Positions 10,283 through 20,989 are shown, numbered from the stretch's first letter. The stretch: 64,000 bases of DNA from an uncultured Desulfobacter sp. (GCA_963665095.1 OY762069.1:5952001-6016000), one strand, 5' to 3'. The notes: generated from the letters alone by a model not told the origin. A program made the numbers and translations.

Positions 10283-11230
10283 ATGCAGCTGAGTATAGAG
10301 ATATTACAGGAACAGGCTGGCACACGGCTGGATCAGATGGTCAGTCAGTCTGGCTTCGGCATTTCACGCAGCAGGGCGGCGCAGCTTATTTCTCAGGGCG
10401 ATATTCTGGTAAATGCTCTATCCAAACGCCCGGGGTATAAAGTAAAACCCGGTGATCTGGTGGAAGGGGATACTGGCGATTTGTCAGCAGAGGATGCCCT
10501 GCCGCTTTTGCCGGATGAACATCTGTCCCTGTCCATTATTCATGAGGACGACTATATCCTGCTGGTTGACAAGCCGGCAGGGCTGGTGGTTCACCCGGGT
10601 GCCGGGAACGTCTCAGCCACCCTGGTCAATGGGCTCCTGGCGTATTGTCCCGGATTCAGCAAACCAGGCTGGGACAGATTCCGGCCCGGAATTGTTCATC
10701 GGCTGGATAAAGATACTTCAGGGCTTATGGTCGTTGCCAAAACCCTTAAAAGTCATGAATTCCTGCAAAAGGAGTTCAAGCAAAGACGGGTTGAAAAGCA
10801 CTACCTGGCCATAGTCAGGGGGGAGAGTATCCCGGATTCAGGAATGATTGAACGCCCCATCGGGCGGCACCCCCGTCATCGCAAACGCATGGCAGTGCTG
10901 CAGGAGACTGGCAGATACGCAAAAACAGGATTCCAGGTCCTTGAGCGCTTCTGTTCCGGCGCCCTGGTAGATGTGCGCCTGTTTACCGGCAGAACCCACC
11001 AGATCCGTGTCCATTTTTACGATCAGGGCATGCCCCTGTTCGGCGACCTGACTTACCAGGAACGGCGCTTCAGAAAAGAGGCTTTCCCGGCTATTCCAAG
11101 GCAGATGCTGCATTCCTGGACGCTCTCCTTCCGTCATCCCTATTCAGGTATCCGTTGCGATTTTAAAGCCCCTGTCCCCCAGGATTTTAAAACGGCCTTG
11201 ATGCATCTGTCTGATGCATCCTTAAAATAA
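10283..11230 (+). CDS. RluA/RluD family pseudouridine synthase
   Basis: N-terminal S4 domain, KPAGLVVHPG, GIVHRLDKDTSG, TGRTHQIRVH motifs. Confidence 0.92.
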   Translation: MQLSIEILQEQAGTRLDQMVSQSGFGISRSRAAQLISQGDILVNALSKRPGYKVKPGDLVEGDTGDLSAEDALPLLPDEHLSLSIIHEDDYILLVDKPAGLVVHPGAGNVSATLVNGLLAYCPGFSKPGWDRFRPGIVHRLDKDTSGLMVVAKTLKSHEFLQKEFKQRRVEKHYLAIVRGESIPDSGMIERPIGRHPRHRKRMAVLQETGRYAKTGFQVLERFCSGALVDVRLFTGRTHQIRVHFYDQGMPLFGDLTYQERRFRKEAFPAIPRQMLHSWTLSFRHPYSGIRCDFKAPVPQDFKTALMHLSDASLK

Positions 11231-11246
11231 GTTCAAGGAAATATCG

Positions 11247-11678
11247 ATGAGTCAATATCCCCAAATGCACTCTGCTGAACACCTGCTCAACCAGACCATG
11301 GTCCGCCTGTTCGGCTGTAACCGTTGCTTTTCAGCCCATATCAACAAAAAGAAATCCAAATGCGACTACCATTTTGACAGAACGCTCACACCGGATGAGC
11401 TTCAGAATATTGAAGCAAGGGTGAATGAGGTCATTGAGAACGATCTCCCGGTAACCGTGGGGTTTATGGATCGCGAAGATGCCCTGGCATTTTTTAAGCT
11501 GGATCGAGTTCCGGAAAATGAAGAGAAAGAGCAGTTCCGGATTGTGAGCATGGGGGATTATGATGCCTGTCCATGTATTGGTGACCATGTCTCATCCACA
11601 GGGCAGATCGGGCACTTCAAAATCACCACGGCAGATTTTGACAACGGGGTGCTGCGGATTCGCTTTAAGCTTGGCTAA
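11247..11678 (+). CDS. AlaX-like stand-alone aminoacyl-tRNA editing domain protein
   Basis: HSAEH and CPCIGDHV (HxxxH / CxxxH zinc ligands of the AlaRS/ThrRS editing domain); 143 aa. Confidence 0.75.
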   Translation: MSQYPQMHSAEHLLNQTMVRLFGCNRCFSAHINKKKSKCDYHFDRTLTPDELQNIEARVNEVIENDLPVTVGFMDREDALAFFKLDRVPENEEKEQFRIVSMGDYDACPCIGDHVSSTGQIGHFKITTADFDNGVLRIRFKLG

Positions 11679-11692
11679 CCCGGAAATCCGGG

Positions 11693-12460
11693 TTAAGGCT
11701 TGTCGGACAGGTTCAAACGCCGTTGCTCCTCGGTCCAGTCAATGCGGCTTAAAAGTCCTCTGATGATTCTGACGTCCCGAGAAGACAATCCTGCATTGGA
11801 GAATATCCGCCGGTAGGTCCTCAGCAGATGATCCGGGTTCTGGGGGTCCAGATAGTCAATATCCAGAAGGGCTTTTCTCATGTGGGTAAACATGGATTCA
11901 AGTTCATCCCCCCTGGCCGGGTCCTTGATCTCAGGGTCATGGAAGTTTTTTCCGGCGTTGGAATTTAAAGCCGCCTCATAAAGAAGCACGGCCAGGGCGT
12001 GGCTTAAGTTCATGGACGGATATCCGTCATGGGTGGGAATGGTGATGAAATACTGGCACAGGTCAAGGTCTTTTGTTTCAAGACCGGTGTCTTCCGGCCC
12101 CATCACAAGTGCGCTGTGATGATCCCGTTTCTGGGCCTCAATCCGGGCACCTGCGGATGATGGTGTCAGGAATCCTTTTCTGTATTTCCCGAATCGCCGG
12201 GTAGTCCCGTAGGCGGCGTTTACATCGGACAGTGCCTCTTCCAGGGTGTCAAATATCCGGGCCTGTTCCAGAATATGAAAGGCAGACAGGGCCATCTTTT
12301 TAGCTTCAAGGGATTTATATGCCTCACAGGGGCTGACCAGGCGAAGCCGGGAGCATCCGAAATTCATCATGACCCGGCAGACAGCGCCGATGTTGATGGG
12401 ACCCTGTGGCCGGACCAGAATGACGGTCAAATGGTTCATGGCATTTTTATCTTGGCCCAT
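11693..12460 (-). CDS. TrmJ/LasT family SPOUT RNA methyltransferase
   Basis: LVRPQGPINIGAVCRVMMNFG, GPEDTGL, SMNLSHA motifs. Confidence 0.9.
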   Translation of the reverse strand: MGQDKNAMNHLTVILVRPQGPINIGAVCRVMMNFGCSRLRLVSPCEAYKSLEAKKMALSAFHILEQARIFDTLEEALSDVNAAYGTTRRFGKYRKGFLTPSSAGARIEAQKRDHHSALVMGPEDTGLETKDLDLCQYFITIPTHDGYPSMNLSHALAVLLYEAALNSNAGKNFHDPEIKDPARGDELESMFTHMRKALLDIDYLDPQNPDHLLRTYRRIFSNAGLSSRDVRIIRGLLSRIDWTEEQRRLNLSDKP

Positions 12461-12465
12461 GGTGT

Positions 12466-12912
12466 TTAATCTTTTGGGGATTCTAAAATCAGGGTAACCG
12501 GTCCCTGATTAATCAGGGATACATCCATATTGGCCTGAAATTTACCGGTTTTCACAGGTACACCAAGGGCAGCTGCCCTGGCTGCGAAGAACCGGTAAAG
12601 CTGTCTGGCTGGTTCAGGCGGGGCTGCTTTGGTAAAAGAGGGGCGCCGGCCTTTGCGGCAGTCGCCCATGAGGGTGAACTGGGAGACCACCAAAAGCTCG
12701 CCTTTGACATCCAGGAGGGACTGGTTCATCTTCTGGTGGTCATCTTCAAATACCCTGAGATTGACGATCTTATCCACCAGATATTCGGCATCTTTTTCAG
12801 TATCTTCATGGGCCACGCCCAGCAGGACCACAAGTCCTGTGCCAATACTGGAAATAATGGTGTTCTCTACGGTGACATGGGCCTTCTTGGCCCGTTGAAC
12901 AACTGCTTTCAT
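12466..12912 (-). CDS. dtd: D-aminoacyl-tRNA deacylase
   Basis: MKAVVQR, VSQFTL, KGRRPSF, N.GPVT motifs. Confidence 0.96.
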   Translation of the reverse strand: MKAVVQRAKKAHVTVENTIISSIGTGLVVLLGVAHEDTEKDAEYLVDKIVNLRVFEDDHQKMNQSLLDVKGELLVVSQFTLMGDCRKGRRPSFTKAAPPEPARQLYRFFAARAAALGVPVKTGKFQANMDVSLINQGPVTLILESPKD

Positions 12913-12955
12913 TTGTTTTTTTTGCGTTACCTTTGCTGTATCAGAAGATAAAAGG

Positions 12956-13810
12956 TCAGACGTTGGTCAATACTATTGGCCTGGGCCATTGGGTGGAAAA
13001 GCCCATCTGTTCTAGTGTCTCAACCGCCCTGGATACAAACATGCCGGCCTGTTCCCTGCTGTGAGCATCATCGCCGGGAACCACGGGGATTTTTAATGCC
13101 TTTGCCTGTTCCAGAATCACCGGTGCAAGATAGGGGGCCTTTTCTTTTCGCCAGAGCGGACGCAGATTGTAATCCAGAACAAGCCCGAGCTTTCTGACCA
13201 GCGCCAGGTTGCGCTGGATTCGTTTGCGGACAGGCAGAAGTGCCATGTGTTCTTCAAAGTCAGGATCAAAGATGCGTATAAGATCGAAATGCCCAACCAC
13301 AAAGGGTTTTAACTCCATAATCATGTCGTACTGCGCATCAAAATAAGCGATGTAAAGATCCTGAACCGATCCTGCCTGACTAAGAATCTGTTCATAATCT
13401 TGAGCTGAATAATCAAAACACCTGTCGTGCACATGGTGGACAGAACCCACAATATAATCAGGCTTGAACTGCCGGATAAAGGCGCGCACCCGGTCTGCGC
13501 TGCCGGAGACAGTTTCGGTTTCAAATCCTTTGAATATCCGTATCTCCTTTTTATAAATGCTCTGCAACCGGTCAAGTTCCTTGAAATAGAGAGCAAACCT
13601 TACTTCAAGGTCTTTAAGTGTCAGCCCGTTTTTAATCTCGTCCGGATAGAGAAATTTCTCTTCGGGCGGAGGCATATGTTCGCTGATCCCCACCGCTTTA
13701 AAGCCTTTGGCAATATACGCCTGGACGAGGTCTTCGAGCCGGTCTTCGGCATGGCAGCAGAACTGCCCTGAATGACCGCCATGAAGGGATATTAGTCTGG
13801 ATTTAATCAT
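12956..13810 (-). CDS. PHP-domain histidinol-phosphatase (HisJ family)
   Basis: [32 protein letters not shown] metal-binding motifs. Confidence 0.85.
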   Translation of the reverse strand: MIKSRLISLHGGHSGQFCCHAEDRLEDLVQAYIAKGFKAVGISEHMPPPEEKFLYPDEIKNGLTLKDLEVRFALYFKELDRLQSIYKKEIRIFKGFETETVSGSADRVRAFIRQFKPDYIVGSVHHVHDRCFDYSAQDYEQILSQAGSVQDLYIAYFDAQYDMIMELKPFVVGHFDLIRIFDPDFEEHMALLPVRKRIQRNLALVRKLGLVLDYNLRPLWRKEKAPYLAPVILEQAKALKIPVVPGDDAHSREQAGMFVSRAVETLEQMGFSTQWPRPIVLTNV

Positions 13811-13909
13811 GGCCGGACTCTACCACCAAGCCGGGTTAAAAATCAAGGGGGGCAGGACAACGCGTGTAAGTCCAGGCTTTGTGAGCTTCACGTTGATTTT
13901 GCATAGCAG

Positions 13910-15223
13910 CTAAAGCCGTTGAATAATATACAGAAACATGGGCAGCCGGCTTTTAGTTTTGAGGTAGTAGAAATCAAACAACACCTCCCTGGATGGCCGG
14001 CCAAACCGCAAGGGAGAAAGATATACCGTTCCTTTGGGCTGGACAAAGGGCAGTTTTTCCCGAACAAGCGCCATCATGGAGGCCGCATGACCTTTTGGAA
14101 GATTTTCATCCATGATGAAATTGCAGGAGATCTCCACCCGGCTGAATTTTTTGTTGATCTGCAGCATTCTGTCAAAGGCTGCCATCACTTTCTTAGATGT
14201 CAAAGGTTTACCAATAAGGTCTAAGGTCTCCTGGTCGGCTGATTCAAGGCCAATATTGATAAAGGTCTGGTATGGGGAAGCCTCAAGGGCTGTAAAAAGC
14301 CGGTCTTCGGCATTGAGCAGGGCGTCTGCCGATCCGAAAAGATAAAGACATGGGCTCTTCATAACACTCTTGTCCAGCTCAAGGATTTTATAAGCATTGT
14401 CAGCCGTGTAAAGAATCAGATCTGCCGGGGCGTTAAGCGCATCATGCTCTCCGAGATACAGGGCGTTGTAGTTAACCAGGTCGTCTGCGTACAAAATCTT
14501 TAACTGGGCCAGCTGTCTGTCTATGTCCTGTGGGGTTCTCGGGGTAAAGGGTTTTTTGTTTTTCACCTTGCAGAACCGGCATTTGTAGAGGCAGCCGTCA
14601 CTGATGGTGACCGGCAGCACATCATAGTCCGAATGCCGGGCATCCGGCGGCAGTACCGTCACCCGGGCTCCTGAAATATCAAAGAGAGCCTGTGCCTTTT
14701 GTTCAAGAGCTTCCGGACGGTTTGACAACACCTGCCTGCACCATTGGGCCGCAGATTCAGGCATATCCGGCCGGGGCAGGTCAAGCCCGGCCAGGGTCGG
14801 TTGCCACTGTTGGCAAAATTTCAGAATTTCAGGATCGTTGAAGGGTTTGCCCCCTAAAAGGGAGTTGGTGGTGTACATCAGATTGGGCAGGTAGTATTCT
14901 CCAATGGCTTCAACCACCCCGGCGTAGCCGCCCGTGGAGTAGTAAATCCAGTCATTGCCCTTTGTGCGTTTGAGCCATTCCTGGGGATCGGGCCATCGCT
15001 TGCCTTTACCCTTTGCATGGCGGATTTCCCCGTTGAGGTCAAACTCCATGATCCAGTCATGGGTGGTAAGCCTGGAAAACCTGCCATACCTTACCGGATA
15101 GGATACCTTGGTGTATTCCACAGATCCAGTAATGTTCAATTCAATGGTGAGATCCTCTCCTGAATAGGTTATCGGGGGCGGGAAACGGTTTGAATGATTA
15201 AGATTTTGCGCCTGTTCTGTCAT
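13910..15223 (-). CDS. Radical SAM protein of unknown function with long N-terminal extension
   Basis: GCLYKCRFC (CxxxCxxC) and NIGLESADQ motifs. Confidence 0.85.
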   Translation of the reverse strand: MTEQAQNLNHSNRFPPPITYSGEDLTIELNITGSVEYTKVSYPVRYGRFSRLTTHDWIMEFDLNGEIRHAKGKGKRWPDPQEWLKRTKGNDWIYYSTGGYAGVVEAIGEYYLPNLMYTTNSLLGGKPFNDPEILKFCQQWQPTLAGLDLPRPDMPESAAQWCRQVLSNRPEALEQKAQALFDISGARVTVLPPDARHSDYDVLPVTISDGCLYKCRFCKVKNKKPFTPRTPQDIDRQLAQLKILYADDLVNYNALYLGEHDALNAPADLILYTADNAYKILELDKSVMKSPCLYLFGSADALLNAEDRLFTALEASPYQTFINIGLESADQETLDLIGKPLTSKKVMAAFDRMLQINKKFSRVEISCNFIMDENLPKGHAASMMALVREKLPFVQPKGTVYLSPLRFGRPSREVLFDFYYLKTKSRLPMFLYIIQRL

Positions 15224-15525
15224 TGTTTTAATATGCCCCGTACCGGGGCAGCCTTTTGGGTGCGCTTAAGTAGACCGGAACAGTGACCCATCCCGACCAG
15301 AAGCGTTTTAACAACAGGGCCGGGCCTTTGGCAATGTTTTTTTGAATTTTTTGGACCGGCTGTGGTAATGTTGCCCGTGAATGGTATCAGTCAGCAGCTC
15401 GTCTGCTGCCATGCTCCGGCAACAGAAAGAGAAGCCCTATGATTAAACGGTACAGAGCCGCATGCAGTCGGGTCAATGCCTGGAAAGTTTTAACGTCTTT
15501 TTAATACTTGGAGTAGATAGCTTGC

Positions 15526-16626
15526 ATGGAGATATTATTTCTTGAACCTTTTTATGCAGGTTCGCATAAAGCGGTGGCAGATGGATTTGCAACCCATTCC
15601 AGTCATCGGGTCCATATTCTTACCCTTCCGGCCCGTTTCTGGAAGTGGCGGATGCGCGGCGCGTCACTCTTCTTCATCCGTCAGGTGAAACATTTGTCTG
15701 ATTACGACCTTGTGCTTGCCACAGACATGGTGGATATCACCGATTTCAAAGCCCTGGCCGGAAAGGATTGCCCGCCCATTGCCCTGTATTTTCATGAAAA
15801 TCAGCTTAGTTATCCGTTGTCCCCGGGTGAAAGAAGAGATTTCCACCTGGGGTTTACCAATATCATTTCAGCACTGGCCGCAGACCGGGTGTTTTTTAAT
15901 TCCCATTTTCATAGGGATGATTTTTTAACCGCGGCCCACAGTCTGATTCAAAGGATGCCGGACTGTCGTCCCGGGTGGATGCTGGATAAAATTAAAAAGA
16001 AATCCTTTGTGCTCTATCCGGGAATAGGCATAAAGCCGGGTCCGACCCCTTTTCCGGCAGAGCATGAAAAGGCTCTCAGGTTCCCCCTGGTGGTCTGGAA
16101 TCATCGGTGGGAGCACGATAAAAATCCAAAGATGTTTTTTAATGTACTGGAAAAAATAAAGAAAAAAGGTATTGGCTTTTATCTGGCAATAATGGGTGAA
16201 AAGTATGATACCGTGCCTTCTGAGTTTGATACGGCCCCGGAACGGTTCAGGGATGAACTGGTAGTTTTTGGATACCAGGAGAACATTGACGATTACCTAA
16301 CCTGGTTGCATAAGGGCACGGTTCTGGTCAGTACAGCCGTTCAGGAAAATTTCGGAATCTCTGTGATGGAGGCAGTTGCCTGCGGCTGTTTTCCATTACT
16401 GCCTGACCGCCTGTCATATCCGGAACTGTTTCCGCCGCCTTACCGCCCTGATGTTATTTTTAAAAACGAGACCGATCTCCAGGCACGGCTTGAACAGGTT
16501 TTAACCCGGCCGGAAGCGTTTTATGAGAGGCGTCTGGCCCTGACCCGTTATGCTGAAAAATTTTCCTGGGATATAGTGGCAGGGCAATGGGACAGGATGC
16601 TGACTCAGTTACCCACCACGGCGTGA
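15526..16626 (+). CDS. DUF3524 / GTDC1-like GT-B glycosyltransferase
   Basis: EPFYAGSH, LPARFWKWRMRG, YFHENQL.YP, WNHRWEHDKNP, ENFGIS.MEA motifs. Confidence 0.85.
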   Translation: MEILFLEPFYAGSHKAVADGFATHSSHRVHILTLPARFWKWRMRGASLFFIRQVKHLSDYDLVLATDMVDITDFKALAGKDCPPIALYFHENQLSYPLSPGERRDFHLGFTNIISALAADRVFFNSHFHRDDFLTAAHSLIQRMPDCRPGWMLDKIKKKSFVLYPGIGIKPGPTPFPAEHEKALRFPLVVWNHRWEHDKNPKMFFNVLEKIKKKGIGFYLAIMGEKYDTVPSEFDTAPERFRDELVVFGYQENIDDYLTWLHKGTVLVSTAVQENFGISVMEAVACGCFPLLPDRLSYPELFPPPYRPDVIFKNETDLQARLEQVLTRPEAFYERRLALTRYAEKFSWDIVAGQWDRMLTQLPTTA

Positions 16627-16831
16627 AAAGCGTTTTGTTTGTTGCCATATCATTATAAATCTGTATGTCCGCAGGTGTAATTGTCCCACATCTGGCAGTA
16701 ATCCCAAAACAGGTAAATTATTTGGGAGATCTGGTTGACATTTTTATCCCTAAAAGTCTATACAGAAGTGAAATTTCCATTATTTTTGAACCGGCGGAAT
16801 AATACTGAAACCAATAAAGGAGCCAGGAGTA

Positions 16832-18922
16832 ATGTGGCAGTCAATTTTGATGATGGGTGGTTTAGGTGTCGCGATCGGCACGGCTCTTGTGATCGCATCA
16901 AAGGCATTTTATGTATATGAGGATCCAAAAGTTGCAGCAATAAATGATGCCCTTCCGGGGGCTAACTGCGGCGGGTGCGGGTATCCCGGATGTTCGGCCA
17001 ATGCTGAGGCCATTGCCGAGGGCAAGCAGGATGTCAATTCCTGTGTGGCTGCCGGCGATGATGTGGCTATGGCCATTGCTGCAATCATGGGGGTGTCCCT
17101 GTCTGAAAAGGAGCCGGAATTTGCCTCTCCCGGGTGCCATGTCGGCACACAGGATGCGGATCTGAATTTTGAGTATATGGGGCTTCAGGACTGCCGGGCC
17201 GCCGTCATGCTCATGGGTGGGATGAAAGTGTGCCGGGTGGGATGTTTAGGCCTTGGTACCTGTACAACAGCCTGCAAATTCGGGGCACTGACCATGGGTG
17301 AAGATCATCTTCCCAAAGTAGACCAGGAAAAATGTACGGGATGCGGTGCCTGTGAAAATATCTGTCCGAAAAACATTATCCGCGTGACCTCTGTCCGTCG
17401 CAGAATCATGCATGAACTGACCCTGGATGAATGCACCACACCCTGTCAGCGGGCGTGTCCCTCAGGGATTAATATAAAAGAATACATCCGTTTGATCCGG
17501 GAAGAAGATTACCATGGGGCGTTGCAGGTGATTAAGGAACGTATGCCGCTGCCTACTGTTATTTCCCGGATTTGTCCGGCCCTGTGCGAATCTGACTGTC
17601 GCAGACTGCACCAGGATGAAGCCGTGGCAATTAATCATCTCAAACGGTTTGTTTGTGATTATGAGATGAACCAGGATAAACGTGTTCAGCCCTATTGTGC
17701 CCCTTCCTCCGGCAAAAAGGTGGCCATCATCGGTGGCGGCGTTGAAGGGCTTGCTGCAGGCTTCTTCAGTGCCCGGTTAGGTCATGGGGCGGCTGTGTAT
17801 GAGGCCAGCACTGTTTTTGGCGGACTGCTGAGAAAAGCAATTGCCCGGGAGCGGCTCTCCATGGATGTGCTGGACTGGGATATTCAGGGGATTGCCAATC
17901 TTGGAGTTGAACTGAAATCCGGACAAAAGGCCGGCGTTGACTTTACTATCCCGGGGCTTCTGAAAGAGGGCTATGACGCGGTATATACTGCTACGGGCGG
18001 ATGGGATTCCCGTCTGGCCAGCAATGATATCAGTTCAGCTGCTAATGTTATTCCCGGGGCCTGGCTGCTGATGGACCTTTTAAGAAGCAAAAATGATACA
18101 TGCATCAAGGTGGATGTTAAAGATGTGGCCGTGATTGCCGGCGGCGGTACAAGACTGCCGGAAGCAGTTGAACTGTTAACTGCAGGAGGCGCCAAAAAGG
18201 TCATTGTGATATCACGCAAGCCAAAAGGAACAGCTAATGAGGCTGTTGATAAGGCTCTGGCCAAGACCGGCGCTGAAATTATTTACAATACAGCGGTCAC
18301 CCGTGTCATGGGAACAAATGAATTTTTGACAGGTATTGAGTATATTGAGCTTGACACCGGTATTCAGCATGTTATTGATACTAATACCCTTATTATAGGT
18401 GCAGGGCGTTTTCCTGAACTGGCGTTTGTTCCGGTGATCGACACAGTTGAAGATGAAGATACTGATGAAACAGATGCTTCGGGTGAAGTTGCTGAGAACA
18501 CAGACTTGATCTGGCAGGGAGTTGAACTGCAGAAAAAGCCGGAAATAGGTATGGAAATAGGGCTCTTATCCCGCCAGGATATTATCTCTGAATATCCTGC
18601 TGCTGTGGCAGCCATTAACGGTGGAAGACGGGGCGCAACGCTGATGCATCATCTGATGTATGATATTGAGCTGCCTGAAAAGGACCGGTTGCTCACCCAG
18701 GATTGTAAAGTACAAAATGTTTTTTCCATCAGACAGGTTGCCCCTTCAGCCCGGAATATTCTGGAAATTTCAGCACCAGGCAGCTCGCTTAAATCCGGAT
18801 TTTCCACAGGGTTTACAGCTGAACAGGCCAGGCAGGAAGCTCATAGATGCCTGCAATGCGGCCTGATCTGTTATGAAAAAACAGGATGTACGATTGCAAA
18901 AAGGGAGTCCACCAGCATTTAA
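16832..18922 (+). CDS. RnfB-like ferredoxin domain fused to a GltD/NfnB-like FAD oxidoreductase
   Basis: N-terminal TM helix + LPGANCGGCGYPGC (RnfB), CTGCGACENICP, PCQRACP...ICPALCESDCRR (Fer4_20 type), KVAIIGGG, C-terminal EAHRCLQCG. Confidence 0.85.
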   Translation: MWQSILMMGGLGVAIGTALVIASKAFYVYEDPKVAAINDALPGANCGGCGYPGCSANAEAIAEGKQDVNSCVAAGDDVAMAIAAIMGVSLSEKEPEFASPGCHVGTQDADLNFEYMGLQDCRAAVMLMGGMKVCRVGCLGLGTCTTACKFGALTMGEDHLPKVDQEKCTGCGACENICPKNIIRVTSVRRRIMHELTLDECTTPCQRACPSGINIKEYIRLIREEDYHGALQVIKERMPLPTVISRICPALCESDCRRLHQDEAVAINHLKRFVCDYEMNQDKRVQPYCAPSSGKKVAIIGGGVEGLAAGFFSARLGHGAAVYEASTVFGGLLRKAIARERLSMDVLDWDIQGIANLGVELKSGQKAGVDFTIPGLLKEGYDAVYTATGGWDSRLASNDISSAANVIPGAWLLMDLLRSKNDTCIKVDVKDVAVIAGGGTRLPEAVELLTAGGAKKVIVISRKPKGTANEAVDKALAKTGAEIIYNTAVTRVMGTNEFLTGIEYIELDTGIQHVIDTNTLIIGAGRFPELAFVPVIDTVEDEDTDETDASGEVAENTDLIWQGVELQKKPEIGMEIGLLSRQDIISEYPAAVAAINGGRRGATLMHHLMYDIELPEKDRLLTQDCKVQNVFSIRQVAPSARNILEISAPGSSLKSGFSTGFTAEQARQEAHRCLQCGLICYEKTGCTIAKRESTSI

Positions 18923-18942
18923 TAAAATTATCAAGAGCAGAT

Positions 18943-20961
18943 ATGAGACCTGAACAGATTCTCGTTGCTGATGATGAAGACCGGATTGTTGAAAGCATTG
19001 CCCGTTGCCTGACTCGGGAAGGGTTTAATGTATCCCGCGCCTATGACGGTAGCCAGGCAGTATCACTGTTCCGGAAACAAAAGTTTGATCTTGTTCTTCT
19101 GGATATCTCTATGCCTGAGATGGATGGATATGAAGCCATGGCCCAGATGCTGAGTCTGGATCCAGACGCTTTGATTATCATCATGACTGGATTTGCTTCG
19201 GTTGAGTCTGCGGTAACTGCGCTAAAGCAGGGAGCCTGGGACTATCTAAAAAAACCCTTTGAATTTGCAGACCTGATTAAAACCGTTAAAAACGGGGTTA
19301 CCCAGCATAATCTGATTACTGAGAAAAAAGTGGTTTCAGCCCGCCTTGAGGCATCTGAAAAGCAGTATCAGTATATGGTGAATAATTCTCCGGATCTGAT
19401 TTTTACCCTGGACGAAAATTTGTGCTTCTCATTTGTTAATCAGCAGTTTGAGACTGTACTGGGATATCCGGAAAATGAAATTCAGGGCATTCCCTTTGTA
19501 AATATTCTTCATGGGGATGACTGTGCTAAGATTTCCCGGGTGATACAGGCCTTGTTGGAAGAAAATCATGACAGGCAACCGCCTGGAAACAGTATTGAGA
19601 TGCACCTGCGGTTTAAAAAAGCCAGTGACGAAGAGAGCCGGTATGATCCTTATGCCGGTTTTGCATTTATGGAGATGAAGGCATCGGCCTTTTGTCTGGA
19701 TAGTGATACCCCTGCCCCCGGACTTCATGGTGTGTACGGAGTGGCCCGGGATGTTACAGAGCGCTTCCGGCTTGAGGCTCAATTGCGGCAGGCACAGAAA
19801 ATGGAGGCCATCGGGACCCTTGCCGGTGGTATTGCCCATGATTTTAATAATATCCTCATGGGTATCCAGGGGTATTCCTCTCTGGTTAAAAGTGGTTTCA
19901 GCAGTGAATCTGATGTCTATAAACGGCTGGCAAATATTGACGAATACGTCCACAGTGGTGCAGAAATGGCCAGCCAGTTGTTGGGATTTTCCCAGAAAAG
20001 CTGTCACAAGCCGGCAACATGCATGAATTTGAATTTTCTGCTCAAGATGTCAGCCAAAATGTTTGGCCGCACCAGAAAAGATATTGTTATCTATCAGGAG
20101 CTGGAAAAAAGTTTGTGGCGGACAGAAGTGGATGAGGTTCAGCTCAAACAAGTACTGATGAATCTGTTTGTCAATGCCTGGCAGGCCATGCCCGGTGGCG
20201 GAAAAATCACCGTAAAATCGGAAAATGTAGTTATTGACTGCTCTGGTATTAAAACCATTGGGCTTGAACAGCCCGGCGATTATATCAAGGTCTCTGTGGC
20301 AGATACCGGTATTGGCATGGACAAGGATACGCTTTCTCGTATTTTTGATCCTTTTTTCACCACCAAGGCCCGGGGGCAGGGAACAGGCCTGGGTTTATCA
20401 ACTGCCTTCGGAATTATTAAAGGCCACAAGGGATGCTTTGAAGTGGAATCCCTCCCAGGTAAAGGCAGTGTGTTTATGTTCTATCTGCCTGCAGCAAAAA
20501 AAGAGGTATTCTGCGATCAAACGGTTCCTGTAGCCCGGAAAGATGCCAGAGTGATTGAGGGAAAAGGTCGTGTGCTTCTGGTGGATGATGAAAAAGGGGT
20601 GATCGAAGTATGCAGGGAGATGCTTGAAACCCTGGGCTATGAGGTGCTTGTTGCCCAAAATGGCGACCAGGCCGTATCCATGGTTCAAAATGATACTTCC
20701 GGTATTGATTTGATGATTCTGGATATGGTTATGCCAGGAATGGATGGTCCCAGGACCTATGAGGCAGTTCGCCGGATGAATGCCGATATCCGGGTACTGG
20801 TTTGTTCCGGCTATGCGAAAAAGGAAGATATCCAGCAGATGATTGCCAAGGGGTGTGATGATTTTATTTTGAAACCCTTTGACGTTGTTAAGTTGTCACA
20901 AAAGCTTGAATCCGTCTTTAATTTTCCGGGAACAAACCCCAGGATTCCAAATCCAGCCTGA
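18943..20961 (+). CDS. Hybrid sensor kinase (REC-PAS-HisKA-HATPase-REC)
   Basis: N- and C-terminal receiver domains, AGGIAHDFNNIL H-box, FDPFFTTK..GTGLGL. Start moved to ATG 18943 to avoid overlap. Confidence 0.9.
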   Translation: MRPEQILVADDEDRIVESIARCLTREGFNVSRAYDGSQAVSLFRKQKFDLVLLDISMPEMDGYEAMAQMLSLDPDALIIIMTGFASVESAVTALKQGAWDYLKKPFEFADLIKTVKNGVTQHNLITEKKVVSARLEASEKQYQYMVNNSPDLIFTLDENLCFSFVNQQFETVLGYPENEIQGIPFVNILHGDDCAKISRVIQALLEENHDRQPPGNSIEMHLRFKKASDEESRYDPYAGFAFMEMKASAFCLDSDTPAPGLHGVYGVARDVTERFRLEAQLRQAQKMEAIGTLAGGIAHDFNNILMGIQGYSSLVKSGFSSESDVYKRLANIDEYVHSGAEMASQLLGFSQKSCHKPATCMNLNFLLKMSAKMFGRTRKDIVIYQELEKSLWRTEVDEVQLKQVLMNLFVNAWQAMPGGGKITVKSENVVIDCSGIKTIGLEQPGDYIKVSVADTGIGMDKDTLSRIFDPFFTTKARGQGTGLGLSTAFGIIKGHKGCFEVESLPGKGSVFMFYLPAAKKEVFCDQTVPVARKDARVIEGKGRVLLVDDEKGVIEVCREMLETLGYEVLVAQNGDQAVSMVQNDTSGIDLMILDMVMPGMDGPRTYEAVRRMNADIRVLVCSGYAKKEDIQQMIAKGCDDFILKPFDVVKLSQKLESVFNFPGTNPRIPNPA

Positions 20962-20989
20962 TTATAGAGTTTTTTCTTTAACAAAAAAA

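Noticed and set aside
15250..15310. Partial resemblance to a THF riboswitch (GCG.TTAAGT...GGAACAG)
   Set aside because: The remaining conserved elements and pairing could not be found, and the downstream gene is not folate-related.
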